Assembly (NCBI RefSeq): GCF_018977255.1
Contig: NW_024704742.1
Span: forward strand, 94,614,001-94,678,000
Direction: 5' to 3'
Source of the DNA: Callorhinchus milii
Lineage: Eukaryota
Length of the DNA: 64,000 nucleotides
Both the position numbers and the translations under genes were made by a program. The notes beneath the pieces were generated by a model. It did no database searches. It had not been told where the DNA came from and saw only the letters and a program-made list of their open reading frames with translations. Shown in pieces: positions 63,368 to 64,000 of the stretch; the stretch's first letter is position 1, and each line of letters starts with the position of its first letter.

Positions 63368-63454
63368 CTATCCGTTAACTGAAGATGGAGACACTCTGAG
63401 GTTCAATTCACGATTTGAATCTGGAAATCTACGAAAAGCAATTCAAATCCGAAA
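63368..63454 (+). CDS. AGTPBP1: AGTPBP1 exon carrying the CCP-family FESGNL motif ([28 protein letters not shown]); the gene continues past the window end
   Basis: ctcag acceptor and AA|GTAAGT donor; 87 nt. FESGNL is the hallmark N-domain motif of M14D cytosolic carboxypeptidases. Confidence 0.96.
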
Positions 63455-63736
63455 GTAAGTTTGAAGAGTTTCTTTTTTAAACAAACAAATGATTTTTTAT
63501 AAGCAGAATAAGATTAAACTGTTTAATGTGCTGCAACAATTGCTGTGCCCTCTACTTCAAACAAATCAACTGCACAGAAATGCGCAGATGGTCATCTCAT
63601 ATATGCCATCAAGGCTAGTACTCATCAGCCTATTGTTCTTGAATGGGGTTGGAAGGGCTCTTTCTGAACAGTGTTTCTTTCAACCCTTCTCAACATGAAA
63701 TCTTTCTTTCAACCCTTCTCAGCATGCACCCTATAC

Positions 63737-64000
63737 AATAACAACAACTTGGATTTATATAGTGCCCTCCACACCTGACGACATCTCAGAGCACTTCACA
63801 GTAACGTATCCTGGGGCTGAGCCAGGGGGAGAGGGAGGAAGGTGACCAAAAGTGCGGTCGAAAAGAAAGGTCTTCAGCAGGGACCTGAAAATAGGAAGAG
63901 AGGGGGCGATTCAAAGGGTGTGAGGAAGGGAGTTCCAGAGCCTCGGGACATAGTGCCTGAAGGCACGGCCGCCGAGGGTGGAGTGGAAGACTCGGGGGAC
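63737..64000 (-). mobile_element. L2 3' end, running off the window
   Basis: caacaacttggatttatatagtgccc tail followed by L2 3' UTR sequence. Confidence 0.8.

Noticed and set aside
11731..63454. Assignment to the paralogue AGBL1 (CCP4)
   Set aside because: The exon translations follow the recalled AGTPBP1 sequence closely along the whole length. A reciprocal BLAST would confirm this.
1..64000. CRISPR arrays, operons or prokaryotic defence systems
   Set aside because: The window is an intron-rich vertebrate gene. The recurring sequences are dispersed retroelements, not regularly spaced repeat-spacer arrays.

Overview
Eukaryotic genomic DNA, most likely from a cartilaginous fish (inferred from the CR1, L2, DeuSINE and Penelope repeat content). 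The + strand carries the 5' half of AGTPBP1 (cytosolic carboxypeptidase 1, CCP1/Nna1, a tubulin deglutamylase). Fourteen internal GT-AG exons from 11731 to 63454 splice in one continuous frame, and there is a candidate first coding exon ending at 4959. The catalytic M14 domain lies beyond the window. The introns are filled with nested retroelements: L2-type LINEs with (TTG)n tails, CR1 fragments, old DeuSINEs, a younger tRNA-Ala-headed SINE family, a Penelope GIY-YIG fragment and an unclassified ~600-bp repeat. The main leads are: (1) a palindromic Penelope-derived mini-element with a hammerhead-ribozyme core and a 14-bp target-site duplication (TSD), with a GIY-YIG Penelope relative in the same window; (2) an apparently chimeric tRNA/CORE-like/Deu-like SINE that shares its tail with the L2; (3) an in-frame ATG...TGA-ATG at the candidate AGTPBP1 start; (4) a ~105-bp local inverted duplication at a CR1 5' junction. 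All family assignments are from recall of known sequences, not from database searches. Repeat boundaries are approximate.
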